Shown one piece after another: positions 37,587-47,456 of a stretch of 64,000 nucleotides of DNA (the first letter of the stretch is position 1; every line of letters begins with the position of its first letter). Source of the DNA: a virus; IMG/VR virus record IMGVR_UViG_3300028840_003906. One strand, 5' to 3'. Under the pieces are notes generated by a model. It did not search any database. It worked only from the letters and a program-made list of their open reading frames with translations, and was not told where the DNA came from. The position numbers were made by a program, and so were the translations under genes.

Positions 37587-38160
37587 AGCGAGTCTCAGGG
37601 TTCTTGCAAGCAAGATCAAAGATACGAAGAAAAAGACAGAGAAAGCCCGTGTGAAAAAGATAAAAAAACGGGAGGAAAACAAGAAGAAAAATGTCCCGAC
37701 TTGGAGTCTTGCCCCACCGCCCAGTGGACAAAACGGAAAAAAGAGGTTAAAAATAGGACAGGTGAGGTCGTGGTTCTATGAAGGGGTCACGCAGAGAACA
37801 AGGGGAGTCATTACGGTTCCTCCGGAGAACAAGTTTTGGACTGGCGCGGATTACGGGATAGCGAAGCATATGATCGAGGCGTACGAGGAGGAGTACGAAT
37901 TGATCAGGGATGCGATCTTCCTTCTCTGCGACAGTTGGGACGATATGGTGAAGGACAGCAAGGGGAGGCTGTATGGTCTTCCTACAATGAAGTTCTTGTG
38001 GAGCAATCACTCATCGCTCTTTGCGGCTGTTCAGCGCGGGGAAACATACATTTCGATTTCCAAGCTGTGGAGTGGAAAAGGGAAGGGTGGCGTGGTTCGG
38101 AAGGGTGTCGGAGTCGGAGAGTGGGTTGATCCCGGGGATGACGATGCTGGAGGCTTCTGA
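37576..38160 (+). CDS. basic hypothetical protein, possible initiator partner of DnaC
   Basis: coupled to dnaC-like gene. Confidence 0.6.
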   Translation: MTARASLRVLASKIKDTKKKTEKARVKKIKKREENKKKNVPTWSLAPPPSGQNGKKRLKIGQVRSWFYEGVTQRTRGVITVPPENKFWTGADYGIAKHMIEAYEEEYELIRDAIFLLCDSWDDMVKDSKGRLYGLPTMKFLWSNHSSLFAAVQRGETYISISKLWSGKGKGGVVRKGVGVGEWVDPGDDDAGGF

Positions 38161-38828
38161 TGGACAATGTCGTGAGTATCAAAACGAAAGATTTGAAGCG
38201 CAATGACATGGAGAGGATGAGGATTCCTCGGCGGTATTGGCGCTCCGATCCTGCCAAGATATCTGGACATTCTCCGCTAAATGATGGCGTGAGCGTGAAG
38301 AGTGTCGTTCGCGATTACATCAAGCGGATCCCGGAGATGGTCCAGGATGGTCTTGGGATTCTATTCTATGGACCCAACGGCACTGGGAAGACGTCGGCGG
38401 CGGTGTGTATTGCGAAGGCGTTTCGTCGTCGGCTTCGCACGGTCCTCTACGTCGAGGCAGCGAGCCTGAAGACACATGTGGCGGAGCGTCAGCATTTCGA
38501 CGAGTCGCAGACGTACATGGATCGCGCATTGACGGTCGATGTTCTTGTCCTGGATGATCTTGGGAAGGGCGTAGAGGATGGCACTGGGTTCGGGACAAAC
38601 TTGATTGACCAGTTGATTCGCACGAGGAACTCGAACAACAGGATCACGATCATCACGTCCAATCTCGTGCCAAAGAAGAAGGGTGAGGACCAGAGCGATA
38701 CGCTTGTTGAGATACTGAAGGGGTCAACGATCCATGCTTTGAAGGAGCACGTGATAGCCGTTCGGGTTGACGGTGTGGATCGCCGGGATGAAACTGCTGC
38801 GTCGAACAGGAATAGACTGGTCAACTGA
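38160..38828 (+). CDS. dnaC: DnaC/IstB-like AAA+ helicase loader
   Basis: GPNGTGKT, VLVLDDLG, TIITSN. Confidence 0.9.
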   Translation: MDNVVSIKTKDLKRNDMERMRIPRRYWRSDPAKISGHSPLNDGVSVKSVVRDYIKRIPEMVQDGLGILFYGPNGTGKTSAAVCIAKAFRRRLRTVLYVEAASLKTHVAERQHFDESQTYMDRALTVDVLVLDDLGKGVEDGTGFGTNLIDQLIRTRNSNNRITIITSNLVPKKKGEDQSDTLVEILKGSTIHALKEHVIAVRVDGVDRRDETAASNRNRLVN

Positions 38829-40210
38829 TGAAAGAAAAAAAGTCTCGAAGGCGTGGCGATAGGGATATGCGCCCCGTGAATTCGTTGGATGGAAGGATCC
38901 CGCCGTACAATGTTGAGGCGGAGGCTTCGGTTCTGGGATCCGTTCTTTTGAACAATGGCTGCATCGAAGATGTGGACGGGATCATTGAGGCTGATAGTTT
39001 CTACGTGGAGTCGAATCGGCGCATCTATCAGGCTATGATGCAGCTTCACACGGAAGGTGAGCCGATTGATCATGTCACCCTGGGGAACTGCCTGAAGAAG
39101 GCTGGGGATCTGGAGAAGATCGGTGGCGCCGTGGCTCTTGCGAACCTGACGGATGCCGTGGCGTCATCTGCGAATGTTGCGAGCTATGCTGGGATCGTAC
39201 GGGAGGCGCACGGGATTCGTGGTGTCCTGTATGCGGCACAGGAGCTTGTTGCGGCTGGGTACTCTGACTATGGGCCGAACGATATGATCGAGGGCGTTGA
39301 GGCGGTTGTGGAGGCATCCGCCAAGCTGACTGCTGCCAGGATGCCGACTCCGATGTCTGAGCTTGGGCAGGGTGTGCTGGACATGTACCAGAAGGTGGCG
39401 AGTGGGCACCGTGGGATCCCTCTTCCGTGGCCGACGATCGACGCAATGACATCCGGGCTGTGGCTTGGGACGATTACGATGTTTGTGGCCCGTCCTGGTG
39501 TTGGAAAGACATTTGTGGCAATCATCGCTGCTCGGCACGCATGGATGAAGGGGTTTCCTGTTCTCATCGTCTCTCCAGAGATGGAGAAGGATGAGGTGGC
39601 CGAGCGGTTCTTCGTGCTGGATGCGGATGTGAGTTACCGCGATCTTGTTCACGGTCAGATTCCAGACATGGTCTACCCACAGTTGGAGATGTCGGTGGAG
39701 CGGTGGAAGAGTCGGGATGGTCTGTGGATCATGGATAGCAATGATGATCTTTCTCCTCGTGGGATAGAGGCGAAGATAAAGGCTTGTAGACCGGCCCTCG
39801 TGGGGGTCGATTCAATGTATGACCTGGACATCAAAGGGGAGAAGAGGGACCGGCTGATTATGGGGCTCGACTGGATGAAGAAGACCAGGAGGAAGCTCAA
39901 CGTTGCGTACTTGGGGTTCGCGCAGCAAAACAGAAAGGCTGAGGTTGCAGAGAAGGATGGAGGAGGGGCGCGGCTCGGGACGATTGCGCTGGCGGATGAG
40001 GTTGGCCAGGATGCGCACTCCGTGTACGCCATGGAGCAGGACAAGGACATGAAGGACGATTCGATCATGCGGATCAAACCTCTGAAGCTGCGTCGTGGGC
40101 AGATGATCAAGCCGTGGGTCCTCACGGACTGGGACTTTGACAAGATGAAGTACGGCGAGATTCAGGATGAAGAGGAAGAGGAGTTTGTGGACGTTGAGAA
40201 AGAGTTTTAG
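38828..40210 (+). CDS. dnaB: DnaB replicative helicase
   Basis: PPYNVEAEASVLG, ARPGVGKT, SPEM, AQQNR. Confidence 0.93.
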   Translation: MKEKKSRRRGDRDMRPVNSLDGRIPPYNVEAEASVLGSVLLNNGCIEDVDGIIEADSFYVESNRRIYQAMMQLHTEGEPIDHVTLGNCLKKAGDLEKIGGAVALANLTDAVASSANVASYAGIVREAHGIRGVLYAAQELVAAGYSDYGPNDMIEGVEAVVEASAKLTAARMPTPMSELGQGVLDMYQKVASGHRGIPLPWPTIDAMTSGLWLGTITMFVARPGVGKTFVAIIAARHAWMKGFPVLIVSPEMEKDEVAERFFVLDADVSYRDLVHGQIPDMVYPQLEMSVERWKSRDGLWIMDSNDDLSPRGIEAKIKACRPALVGVDSMYDLDIKGEKRDRLIMGLDWMKKTRRKLNVAYLGFAQQNRKAEVAEKDGGGARLGTIALADEVGQDAHSVYAMEQDKDMKDDSIMRIKPLKLRRGQMIKPWVLTDWDFDKMKYGEIQDEEEEEFVDVEKEF

Positions 40211-40322
40211 CACCTGTTGACAAAACGTCGAGAGTCATGCAAGATATGCCGAGGCTGGTCACCTGATCTAGTGGAGATCATCGGACCGAAAGCAGTGCTC
40301 AATGAAGCACATGGAGGAAGTC

Positions 40323-41189
40323 ATGCTGGGAAATTACGGAAGCAAAGGATGGGAGCTGCCCGAAGACGAAGAGGGTGATGGCGACGGAGGTGGCGGAAAG
40401 TTCTCCGAAGAGGAGCGTCTTTTCAGGTTCCGGTTCAAGATGAAAGATGCGGCGAACAACCCGCTGAAGGTTGGGACCCCGGTTACGCACAGGGTTCTTT
40501 TCCTGAACGGTACGCCGTATTCGTACTACGAACACGGGACGTGGAAGTTCAAGGGGTGCGGCCACTACAGCATCATGTGTCTTGGGAGGAACAAGATCGA
40601 CGATCGCGGGTGTCCGCTGTGTGACAAGAACTTCGGTGACGACTGGCCAGCATTCATTGGCCTGTTCGGAATCATCGATATGGGACAGGTCGAGTACTTG
40701 CCGGGTGGGCAGATCAAGCTGCATCATCGCACCTGGACCAACAAGGACAACGAGGAGATCGAGGATGCTTTCCCGAGGGTCCTCCTCGGAGCCAAAAAGG
40801 GATCCAAGAAGAGCCCTGGTGTCCTGAAGAAGCTTGCGTGGTATGCCGATCGGCACGGAGGAACCCTGGAAGGGACTGTCTGGGACACAAGCCGGAGTGG
40901 CGATAAGGAGGCTGGTGTCGGCGAGGACTGGAACTACGTCGAGCGCGTGGCGCCGGAGGACTACGCCAAGTACCTGCAGGACCTGGGCGCGGATCCGGAT
41001 AAGCTGAACGTCGATCCAATCACGAACTGGAACGAGATCTGCAAACCGCTCTCTTATGAGGCGGTCTGCCGCATCGCTGGCAAGCCTCTGCCGGGTGGCG
41101 CGAAGCAGGGCGGTTCTCAGACGGATGGTGCCGGGTATGAAGGCGGTGGCGGATACGATGGTCCGCAAGACGATGATATACCCTTCTGA
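40323..41189 (+). CDS. single-stranded DNA-binding protein (phage type)
   Basis: CPLC, acidic Gly-rich tail ending DDDIPF, position in replication module. Confidence 0.75.
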   Translation: MLGNYGSKGWELPEDEEGDGDGGGGKFSEEERLFRFRFKMKDAANNPLKVGTPVTHRVLFLNGTPYSYYEHGTWKFKGCGHYSIMCLGRNKIDDRGCPLCDKNFGDDWPAFIGLFGIIDMGQVEYLPGGQIKLHHRTWTNKDNEEIEDAFPRVLLGAKKGSKKSPGVLKKLAWYADRHGGTLEGTVWDTSRSGDKEAGVGEDWNYVERVAPEDYAKYLQDLGADPDKLNVDPITNWNEICKPLSYEAVCRIAGKPLPGGAKQGGSQTDGAGYEGGGGYDGPQDDDIPF

Positions 41190-41248
41190 TATGCCATTCT
41201 AGACAAGCCTCCTGGGATGGTTTAGTCTTGTCCCAGGAGGTATTTGTC

Positions 41249-41695
41249 ATGAAGGTATGCAGAAAGTGTGGAGAAGAGAAGGCCCTTGGTGAATTTTATC
41301 GTCATCCACAGATGAGGGATGGTCGATTGAATGTTTGTAAGGATTGCAAGCGGAAATATCAAAAAGATCGTCCTGCTGATGTGAAGGCTAAGATCGAGAG
41401 GAAAAGGGGTCAGAATCCAGAGAGGAAGAAGAAGGCTTATGAGCGGCTTTGCAGGTGGAGGAAAGAGAATCCAGAAAAAGCAAGAGAGCAGGCTCGTAGG
41501 TATCCAGAAAAGCGAAGGGCGAGGAATATTGTCTCCAGGGCTGTTCGGGATGGAAAGCTGACCAAGATGCAATGTGAAGTTTGTGGATCTGAGAAGGTTC
41601 ACGCCCATCACGAGGACTATTCGAAGCCGTTAGTTGTTGAGTGGCTTTGTGCGAAGTGTCATCGGAAGAGGCACGAGTTGGAGGATGACAGTTGA
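41249..41695 (+). CDS. HNH-type endonuclease
   Basis: CRKC...CKDC; CEVC...HHEDYSKPL...WLCAKCH. Confidence 0.85.
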   Translation: MKVCRKCGEEKALGEFYRHPQMRDGRLNVCKDCKRKYQKDRPADVKAKIERKRGQNPERKKKAYERLCRWRKENPEKAREQARRYPEKRRARNIVSRAVRDGKLTKMQCEVCGSEKVHAHHEDYSKPLVVEWLCAKCHRKRHELEDDS

Positions 41696-43239
41696 AAGTT
41701 CTGATTTCAGGGTTGGCTTGGCTTCCGATGGCGGAGCTTCAGACGCACCATATCCAGAACATCAAGCGTGAGCTTACGATCCAGCCAAAGAAGACCACCG
41801 ATATCCAGACGAAGAAGGATCCGGAGCCCATCTTCCTGTGGGAGGAGGATCGGGAGAACGGCCTGATCGGCGTCCCGAGGAACTACTACGATGGTCGCAA
41901 GGGAGCCGATCATGAAGAGGTGATCGATGTCTCGTACGGTGCCCCGATGGCTGAACAGAAGACGCTGTTTTCTGCGGATGGGCCGTATGCAGAGCAGGAA
42001 GATGCACTCAGGACAATGGCCTATGCTTTTGAGGATCGGAAGTATGGTGGTGTTTTTTTGCGTGCAGATCCAGGATTCGGGAAAACTATTTGTGGAATCG
42101 AGTTTGCCCGAAGGATCGGAAGAAGGACGCTGATTCTGGTTCACAAGGACTTCCTCCTGCGTCAGTGGAGGAAGAGGATTCTTGGCATCATGCCGGACGC
42201 CAAAATCGGAATCATCAAGCAGTCGAAGTGTGAATTTGATCAGCTGGAGAAGACTGGCGAGTCGCCTGACTTTGTGATTGGTATGTTGCAGTCGATTTCC
42301 CGGGATGACGGGTTCAAGTACCCGGATCAGATGTACTCTGCGTTTGGTCTTGTTGTGAGCGACGAGGCCCATCGCGTCGGCGCTGGCAGTTGGGCTGGTA
42401 TTATTCCAAGGTTTCGGGCAGCGTGGCGCCTTGGTCTGACAGCGACTCCTCGTCGAAAGGATGGGGCGCAGGGGGTATTTTTCTCGCACATTTCTCCTGT
42501 CACATATTCAGCTGATACGAAGATGATGAAGCCGAAGCTGCGAAGGATTAGAACGACGTCTACGCTTCGGAGGATCGCCAGGGGGAATTACAAGGTTGCG
42601 GTGTCGAACCTCAACAGCGCTCAGATCATCAACCAGCTGGCGGCCGACGATTTTCGATCTCGGGACATTGTTGATGACATGGTTGAGGCTGTGAAGAATG
42701 GCCGCAAGGTCATGGTTGTGAGCCGGAGGCTGGAGCATCTCAAGAAGATGTCGGATACGTTGAGCGGTATTTTGTTCAACATGAATCTCGGATTTTTCCC
42801 GAGGATCGATTTCTACACGAGTGAATGGTACACGGGCGAGAAGTGGGAGTCCCACAAGATGAGCAAGAGTGGAAAGCTCCTGCATAGGAAGGGAGATCCG
42901 AAGTTCAAGAAGAGGTCGGAGGCAGATCTGGAGAAGGCAGAGTCGGCGAACATCCTGTTCTGCACCTTCCAGATGATGGAGGAGGGGTTGGACGTTGCAT
43001 CTGCGGATGTTCTCGTGATGGCCACTCCCGAGTCCGACATTGAGCAGTTGGTCGGAAGAATTCAGAGGTGGTGCCTTCCGAAGGATGGCAAGTGCGAGAA
43101 GATGTGTCCCTGGCGTGCGGGGCAGTGCAAGGGGAAGCCTCAGCCGATTGTCGTGGATGTGCTCGATGAGCAGATTCCGAGAATGGTCTCGAAGTACAAT
43201 CGAAGGAAGAGGTTCTACAAGAAGATCGGGATGATTTGA
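41692..43239 (+). CDS. superfamily 2 (DExH) helicase
   Basis: GFGKT, DEAH, GLTATPRRKDG, EEGLDV, QLVGRIQR. Confidence 0.93.
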   Translation: MKVLISGLAWLPMAELQTHHIQNIKRELTIQPKKTTDIQTKKDPEPIFLWEEDRENGLIGVPRNYYDGRKGADHEEVIDVSYGAPMAEQKTLFSADGPYAEQEDALRTMAYAFEDRKYGGVFLRADPGFGKTICGIEFARRIGRRTLILVHKDFLLRQWRKRILGIMPDAKIGIIKQSKCEFDQLEKTGESPDFVIGMLQSISRDDGFKYPDQMYSAFGLVVSDEAHRVGAGSWAGIIPRFRAAWRLGLTATPRRKDGAQGVFFSHISPVTYSADTKMMKPKLRRIRTTSTLRRIARGNYKVAVSNLNSAQIINQLAADDFRSRDIVDDMVEAVKNGRKVMVVSRRLEHLKKMSDTLSGILFNMNLGFFPRIDFYTSEWYTGEKWESHKMSKSGKLLHRKGDPKFKKRSEADLEKAESANILFCTFQMMEEGLDVASADVLVMATPESDIEQLVGRIQRWCLPKDGKCEKMCPWRAGQCKGKPQPIVVDVLDEQIPRMVSKYNRRKRFYKKIGMI

Positions 43240-43246
43240 GGTTGGT

Positions 43247-43768
43247 ATGAACAAGGATCGAAAGGCTTACTTCGAGAACTACTACCAGGAGAAGAAGGGG
43301 GAGTTGCTCCAGCGGAGGAATGAGCGGTACAAGAGCGATCCTGAGTATCGCGAGAAGGCCAAGGAGCGCGCGCGTGCATGGAGGGCCAAGAAGAAGCAGC
43401 AGCGGGATGAGGAGCGCGAGAAGCTCAGGGCCGAGGGGAAGCTTGAGAATGAGGGAAAGCGGCCCAGGAAGCCCGTTCTCGTGATTGTGGGGGGGCGTAC
43501 GTTGACGGCGTACCCCATGAAGATTGTGGCAGAGAAGCTGGATCGATCCGTGGGGGCGATCAACTACTGGTCGAAGATTGGGTTGTTGCCGCATACGCCG
43601 ATTCGAACGAAGGGCGGCAACCGGCTGTATACCGAGGGGATGATTCTTGTCATGCAGATGGCGATCTCTCGGCGCGGGAGGATTTCGAAGACCGATACCA
43701 CGTTCCGTGATGAGATAATTGCGGGGTGGGAGGAGTTGGGTATTCCAGTTGACAAAACCGATGAATGA
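43247..43768 (+). CDS. MerR-like HTH protein
   Basis: VAEKLDRSVGAINYW..GLLP...GGNRLYT. Confidence 0.8.
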   Translation: MNKDRKAYFENYYQEKKGELLQRRNERYKSDPEYREKAKERARAWRAKKKQQRDEEREKLRAEGKLENEGKRPRKPVLVIVGGRTLTAYPMKIVAEKLDRSVGAINYWSKIGLLPHTPIRTKGGNRLYTEGMILVMQMAISRRGRISKTDTTFRDEIIAGWEELGIPVDKTDE

Positions 43769-43821
43769 TGCAAAAGTGCATCACGTTGAACCGTGGCAAG
43801 ATGCCATGCGGAGGTTGAAAG

Positions 43822-44385
43822 ATGGGAAGTGAGATAGGGGAAGGGAAAAATGTTCTGCGATACTCGGTTGGCAAGAACCCGGAGCGTGTCGTCAAGGCGG
43901 AGCACAAGGACGACGGGAATCCGGTCGAGCACACCGATGAGGATCTGAGCAATTTCACGGTCAGTTTTTCGCGCACGATCGCGCTCAAGAACTACGAGTT
44001 CGCGCGTGTCGGAATGGGGATCAAGGTTGGCATCCCGTTCGACGCGGACAAGAGCCACCGTAATCAGACGTACAATCGGATGCGGGATGCCATCACCGAG
44101 ATGTTGGACCGCGAGGAGTCCGTTATTCGGGCGCAGGATCGGGATGTCCAGCCGATCGATTTGAGTGATGTCGGGGAGAACGTGGTCGTCTGGATTGATT
44201 ACGGTATGACGTTCAAGACCGGAAAGTCGATGGATTCGCAGAAGATCGACATCACGCAGTCGCGTCGCCTGGAGAACGGGTCCGATTTCGAGGCAGCGGT
44301 CGAGGCACTGGGGGAAGAGGTCGGTCGTCGCATTGGTGAGCAGCGAGATGCTGTCACAAGCGGCGAGGGGAAGGTCGGTTTTTAG
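43822..44385 (+). CDS. hypothetical protein
   Basis: 187-aa ORF after TTGACA at 43749. Confidence 0.7.
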   Translation: MGSEIGEGKNVLRYSVGKNPERVVKAEHKDDGNPVEHTDEDLSNFTVSFSRTIALKNYEFARVGMGIKVGIPFDADKSHRNQTYNRMRDAITEMLDREESVIRAQDRDVQPIDLSDVGENVVVWIDYGMTFKTGKSMDSQKIDITQSRRLENGSDFEAAVEALGEEVGRRIGEQRDAVTSGEGKVGF

Positions 44386-44402
44386 GGGCGAGTCCGAAGA
44401 AG

Positions 44403-44416
44403 CGAACTTGAGTTCG
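44403..44416. promoter_or_regulatory. LexA-type box copy 9
   Basis: CGAACTTGAGTTCG 3 nt before tRNA-like gene. Confidence 0.75.
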
Positions 44417-44419
44417 CAT

Positions 44420-44492
44420 GGGTTGGTAGCTCAATTGGTAGAGCATCGCGTTACCTATAGGGCGTATGCTGGTTCGAATCCGGCCCTGTCCA
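44420..44492 (+). pseudogene. degenerate tRNA (poorly paired anticodon stem)
   Basis: intact D arm GCTC/GAGC and T arm; anticodon stem has 2 mismatches. Confidence 0.6.
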
Positions 44493-44502
44493 TTGGAGGT
44501 AG

Positions 44503-44769
44503 ATGATGATATTGACGCATGGCGAGAAGATGGTGTGGGCCGCTGCATTCGTTGACGAGTTCATGCCTGGGTTCAAGGAGCCAGGAGAAAACTGCATTGA
44601 CACTGAGAAGTGGGAGCAGTACGAGATCGATCTTGCGGCCATGGCAGCGGAGTCGGCGTGTGGAGCCGTGTGCCGGATGCGGGACGCGAAAGAAAGGGTG
44701 GAGCATGGGTTCGGAGAGGACAGCGACGTGACACAGATGATTCGAGCTATGCTAGGAGACGACGGATGA
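44503..44769 (+). CDS. hypothetical protein, paralog 1
   Basis: LTHGEKMVWAAAF N-terminus. Confidence 0.65.
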   Translation: MMILTHGEKMVWAAAFVDEFMPGFKEPGENCIDTEKWEQYEIDLAAMAAESACGAVCRMRDAKERVEHGFGEDSDVTQMIRAMLGDDG

Positions 44770-45035
44770 AGATGACTCATGGGGAAAAGGTCCTTTGGGC
44801 GGTCGTCTTTGATCGTCGAAGAAGGGAAGTTGTGAAAGAGATGGCCCGTGATGGAAAGGGGATGCTTGATTCCAGATCCATGGATGCGCAGATCGAGAAG
44901 TCTTTCACAGAGGGAGTGGAGGTTGCACATCTTGTTGTTTCTGAATTGAGGGTGGCAAGAGGGAAGATGGTGGCATTTCGTGGGGAGGACGACGACGCTG
45001 TCCAGATGCTATCTGATGTGTTGGGGGTGGATTGA
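44766..45035 (+). CDS. hypothetical protein, paralog 2
   Basis: MTHGEKVLWAVVF N-terminus. Confidence 0.65.
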   Translation: MKMTHGEKVLWAVVFDRRRREVVKEMARDGKGMLDSRSMDAQIEKSFTEGVEVAHLVVSELRVARGKMVAFRGEDDDAVQMLSDVLGVD

Positions 45036-45119
45036 TCTGAGGTTCGTTTTCGCCGTGTTTTGAACTTGATATCGTCAGCGGATTGGCGATGTTCATAGAA
45101 GAAAAAAAGGAGAAAAAAG

Positions 45120-46250
45120 ATGATACTTCTCGGCCTTTTGGCCATCCCGATTCTGATCGGGTTGGGGGCAATGATTCTCGGAAAAGGAAAGTTCACGTGG
45201 AAGGAGTTCCTGGTTCAGGAGGTGGTCCTTCTCGTGGTCATTGGGGGTGGTTACGGAGCTTCGGTCCTGGCCGCGAGATGGGGCGCCGCGTCCGATGTTG
45301 AGATCTGGAATGGGAAGGTTGCCCGGAAGGACAAGGGCACGCATGGGTGCTGTCACGACTACCCCTGCAATCCACACCCATGCAACTGCGACACGAATGG
45401 GGACTGCGATACTTGCTGGGATACCTGTTACGAGCACAGCCATGACGTGTACTGGGATGCGAAGTCGACCAACGGGGAGACCGTGTACAGCAATCGATGC
45501 AACGCGCCAGGTACGAGTACTCCGAGACGGTGGGCTCAGATTCAGATCGGCGAGCCGACAGCCGTCGAGCACAGCTACCAGAACTACATCAAGGCGAACC
45601 CGGACACCGTGCTGAGGCGTCAGGGTGCTGCCGAGAAGTTCAGAGGGCTCCTGCCCGCGTACCCGCGCGTGTACGACCACTACCGCATTCGGCAGTTCTT
45701 GTTCGTGAAGATCAAAGTGGACCCATCGGCGTTGAAGTTCATGAACGAGGTCCTCATGGAGATGAACGGGGATTTGGGGGCCAGGAAGCAGCTCAACATC
45801 ATCTTTGTGGTGGCGCGTACGGACGATCCATCCTATGCGGAGGCGCTGAGGGAGCACTGGATTGGCGGAAAGAAGAACGACTTGGTGGTGGTGATGGGTG
45901 CGAAGGAGTATCCGAAGTTGGATTTCGTGGAGGTAGTGACCTGGTCTAGGAGCGAGGAGATGAAGCTTGCGATCCGAGATCGGATCATGGAGACGGAGGA
46001 GTTCGGCCACGAGAAAGTCTTCAGTATCGTCCGGGAGGAGGCTGGGAAGAAGTTCGTCCGGCAGGAGATGGCGGAGTACGAGTACCTGATGTCCTCGGTC
46101 GAGCCGCCGACATGGGCGATCGTTTTGAATTTTGTGGTTGGCCTGATCGCATCGGTCGGCCTGGCTATCTATTTTTGGCTGAAAGACCCGTTCGGCGATA
46201 GGCGTCGGTACGGATATGGGTTCCATCGATCAAGGGACTGGAACTACTAG
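45120..46250 (+). CDS. membrane protein with Cys/His-rich soluble domain
   Basis: N- and C-terminal TM segments; CCHDYPC motif. Confidence 0.8.
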   Translation: MILLGLLAIPILIGLGAMILGKGKFTWKEFLVQEVVLLVVIGGGYGASVLAARWGAASDVEIWNGKVARKDKGTHGCCHDYPCNPHPCNCDTNGDCDTCWDTCYEHSHDVYWDAKSTNGETVYSNRCNAPGTSTPRRWAQIQIGEPTAVEHSYQNYIKANPDTVLRRQGAAEKFRGLLPAYPRVYDHYRIRQFLFVKIKVDPSALKFMNEVLMEMNGDLGARKQLNIIFVVARTDDPSYAEALREHWIGGKKNDLVVVMGAKEYPKLDFVEVVTWSRSEEMKLAIRDRIMETEEFGHEKVFSIVREEAGKKFVRQEMAEYEYLMSSVEPPTWAIVLNFVVGLIASVGLAIYFWLKDPFGDRRRYGYGFHRSRDWNY

Positions 46251-46259
46251 GAGGAGAAG

Positions 46260-46847
46260 ATGAGTAGAGGAATCATTGTTTTGTTGTGCGTGATCGGAGT
46301 GGTCGTTTTGTTCGGAGGGGGGTATGGGTGTAGCGCGCTCGGGTACCGACAGGACTGCGTGAAAGCAGAGGCCGGGATCCAGGCGCAGTACAAGCAGAAC
46401 CAGAACAACTACGACAACATGTGGAAGCGCTTCAAGGAGGTCGCTGCGGTCCCGAAGATGTACGCCAAGGACCTGAAGGATCTGTGGGACGGCGCCATGA
46501 AGCAGCGGTACCAGGGCGAGGGGAACGGACAGCAGCCGATCTTCAAGTGGATCCAGGAGCACAACCCGCAGCTCGATGCGTCGGTTTACAAGCAGCTGCA
46601 GCGAACCCTGGAGGCTGGGAGGAAGTCCTTCGAGGCCGACCAGAAACAGCTCATCGCGAAGAAGCAGCAGTACGAAGTGGTCCTGAAAGGCAACCGATCT
46701 CTGTTTTTCAACATGTGGTTCGGGTTTCCGAGGATCGATCTCGACGAGTTCGACATCGTGACATCGGACAAGACGGAGGAGGTTTTCAAATCGAAGAAGG
46801 ACAATGGCGTCCTGTTCGGTGACGACGTGAAGCCTGCGGAGAAATGA
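46260..46847 (+). CDS. LemA-like membrane-anchored protein
   Basis: TM anchor then EAGIQAQY...YDNMWK; resemblance by recall. Confidence 0.65.
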   Translation: MSRGIIVLLCVIGVVVLFGGGYGCSALGYRQDCVKAEAGIQAQYKQNQNNYDNMWKRFKEVAAVPKMYAKDLKDLWDGAMKQRYQGEGNGQQPIFKWIQEHNPQLDASVYKQLQRTLEAGRKSFEADQKQLIAKKQQYEVVLKGNRSLFFNMWFGFPRIDLDEFDIVTSDKTEEVFKSKKDNGVLFGDDVKPAEK

Positions 46848-47323
46848 AGAACCTGACCAACCGACAGGAGGAGGTCCTGAGAGTCATCGTCGAATTCATC
46901 CGCGAGCATATGGCCCCTCCGACGATCCGGGAGATCGGGGACATGGTTGGGATTTCCTCGACGAATGGAGTGATGGACCATCTCAAGGCGCTCCAGAGAA
47001 AGGGTTGGCTCAAAGAGGGGATAGAGGGGCACGCGAAGAGCCGCAAGGTTGCCCTCACGGGGAGGGCGCGGCTCTACCATGGGCTGTTCTTCTCTCGGGA
47101 GGATGTCGGCCTGTACAAGGCAGCTGTGGCCGACTTGTCGGCTCTTTTCGATGCCGGGGCGGATGGTCTCGATTTGTCCGTGTGTACGACGGCAGAGCAC
47201 GGGGCGGATGTTGCCTTGCGGACAGTGAAGAAGATGCTGGAGGCTCACGTAAAAATCGATCCTTTGGAGAAAAAAGAGGTTGACAAACCCATCGAACAGC
47301 AGCATGATACACGGGCGAGTTGA
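46844..47323 (+). CDS. LexA-type DNA-binding domain protein lacking S24 peptidase domain
   Basis: LTNRQEEVL...PPTIREIG...[17 protein letters not shown]; 159 aa. Confidence 0.88.
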   Translation: MKNLTNRQEEVLRVIVEFIREHMAPPTIREIGDMVGISSTNGVMDHLKALQRKGWLKEGIEGHAKSRKVALTGRARLYHGLFFSREDVGLYKAAVADLSALFDAGADGLDLSVCTTAEHGADVALRTVKKMLEAHVKIDPLEKKEVDKPIEQQHDTRAS

Positions 47324-47456
47324 GAGGGATAAACTTCTCGGAAAGAGAAGCCTGGCTCAACAAAAACAGGACCTGGGGAGGTCGCCGAGAGGTAAAGATC
47401 CAAGGCGTAAACACGCACGAGCTGGTGGAAGGCCAGCGTTTTGATCTTTGAAAATT

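Noticed and set aside
47375-47455. 5' half of a tRNA pairing with 47523-47530
   Set aside because: Acceptor match is worse (G-G mismatch) than the downstream half; region folds as a leader with AAAGATC/GATCTTT
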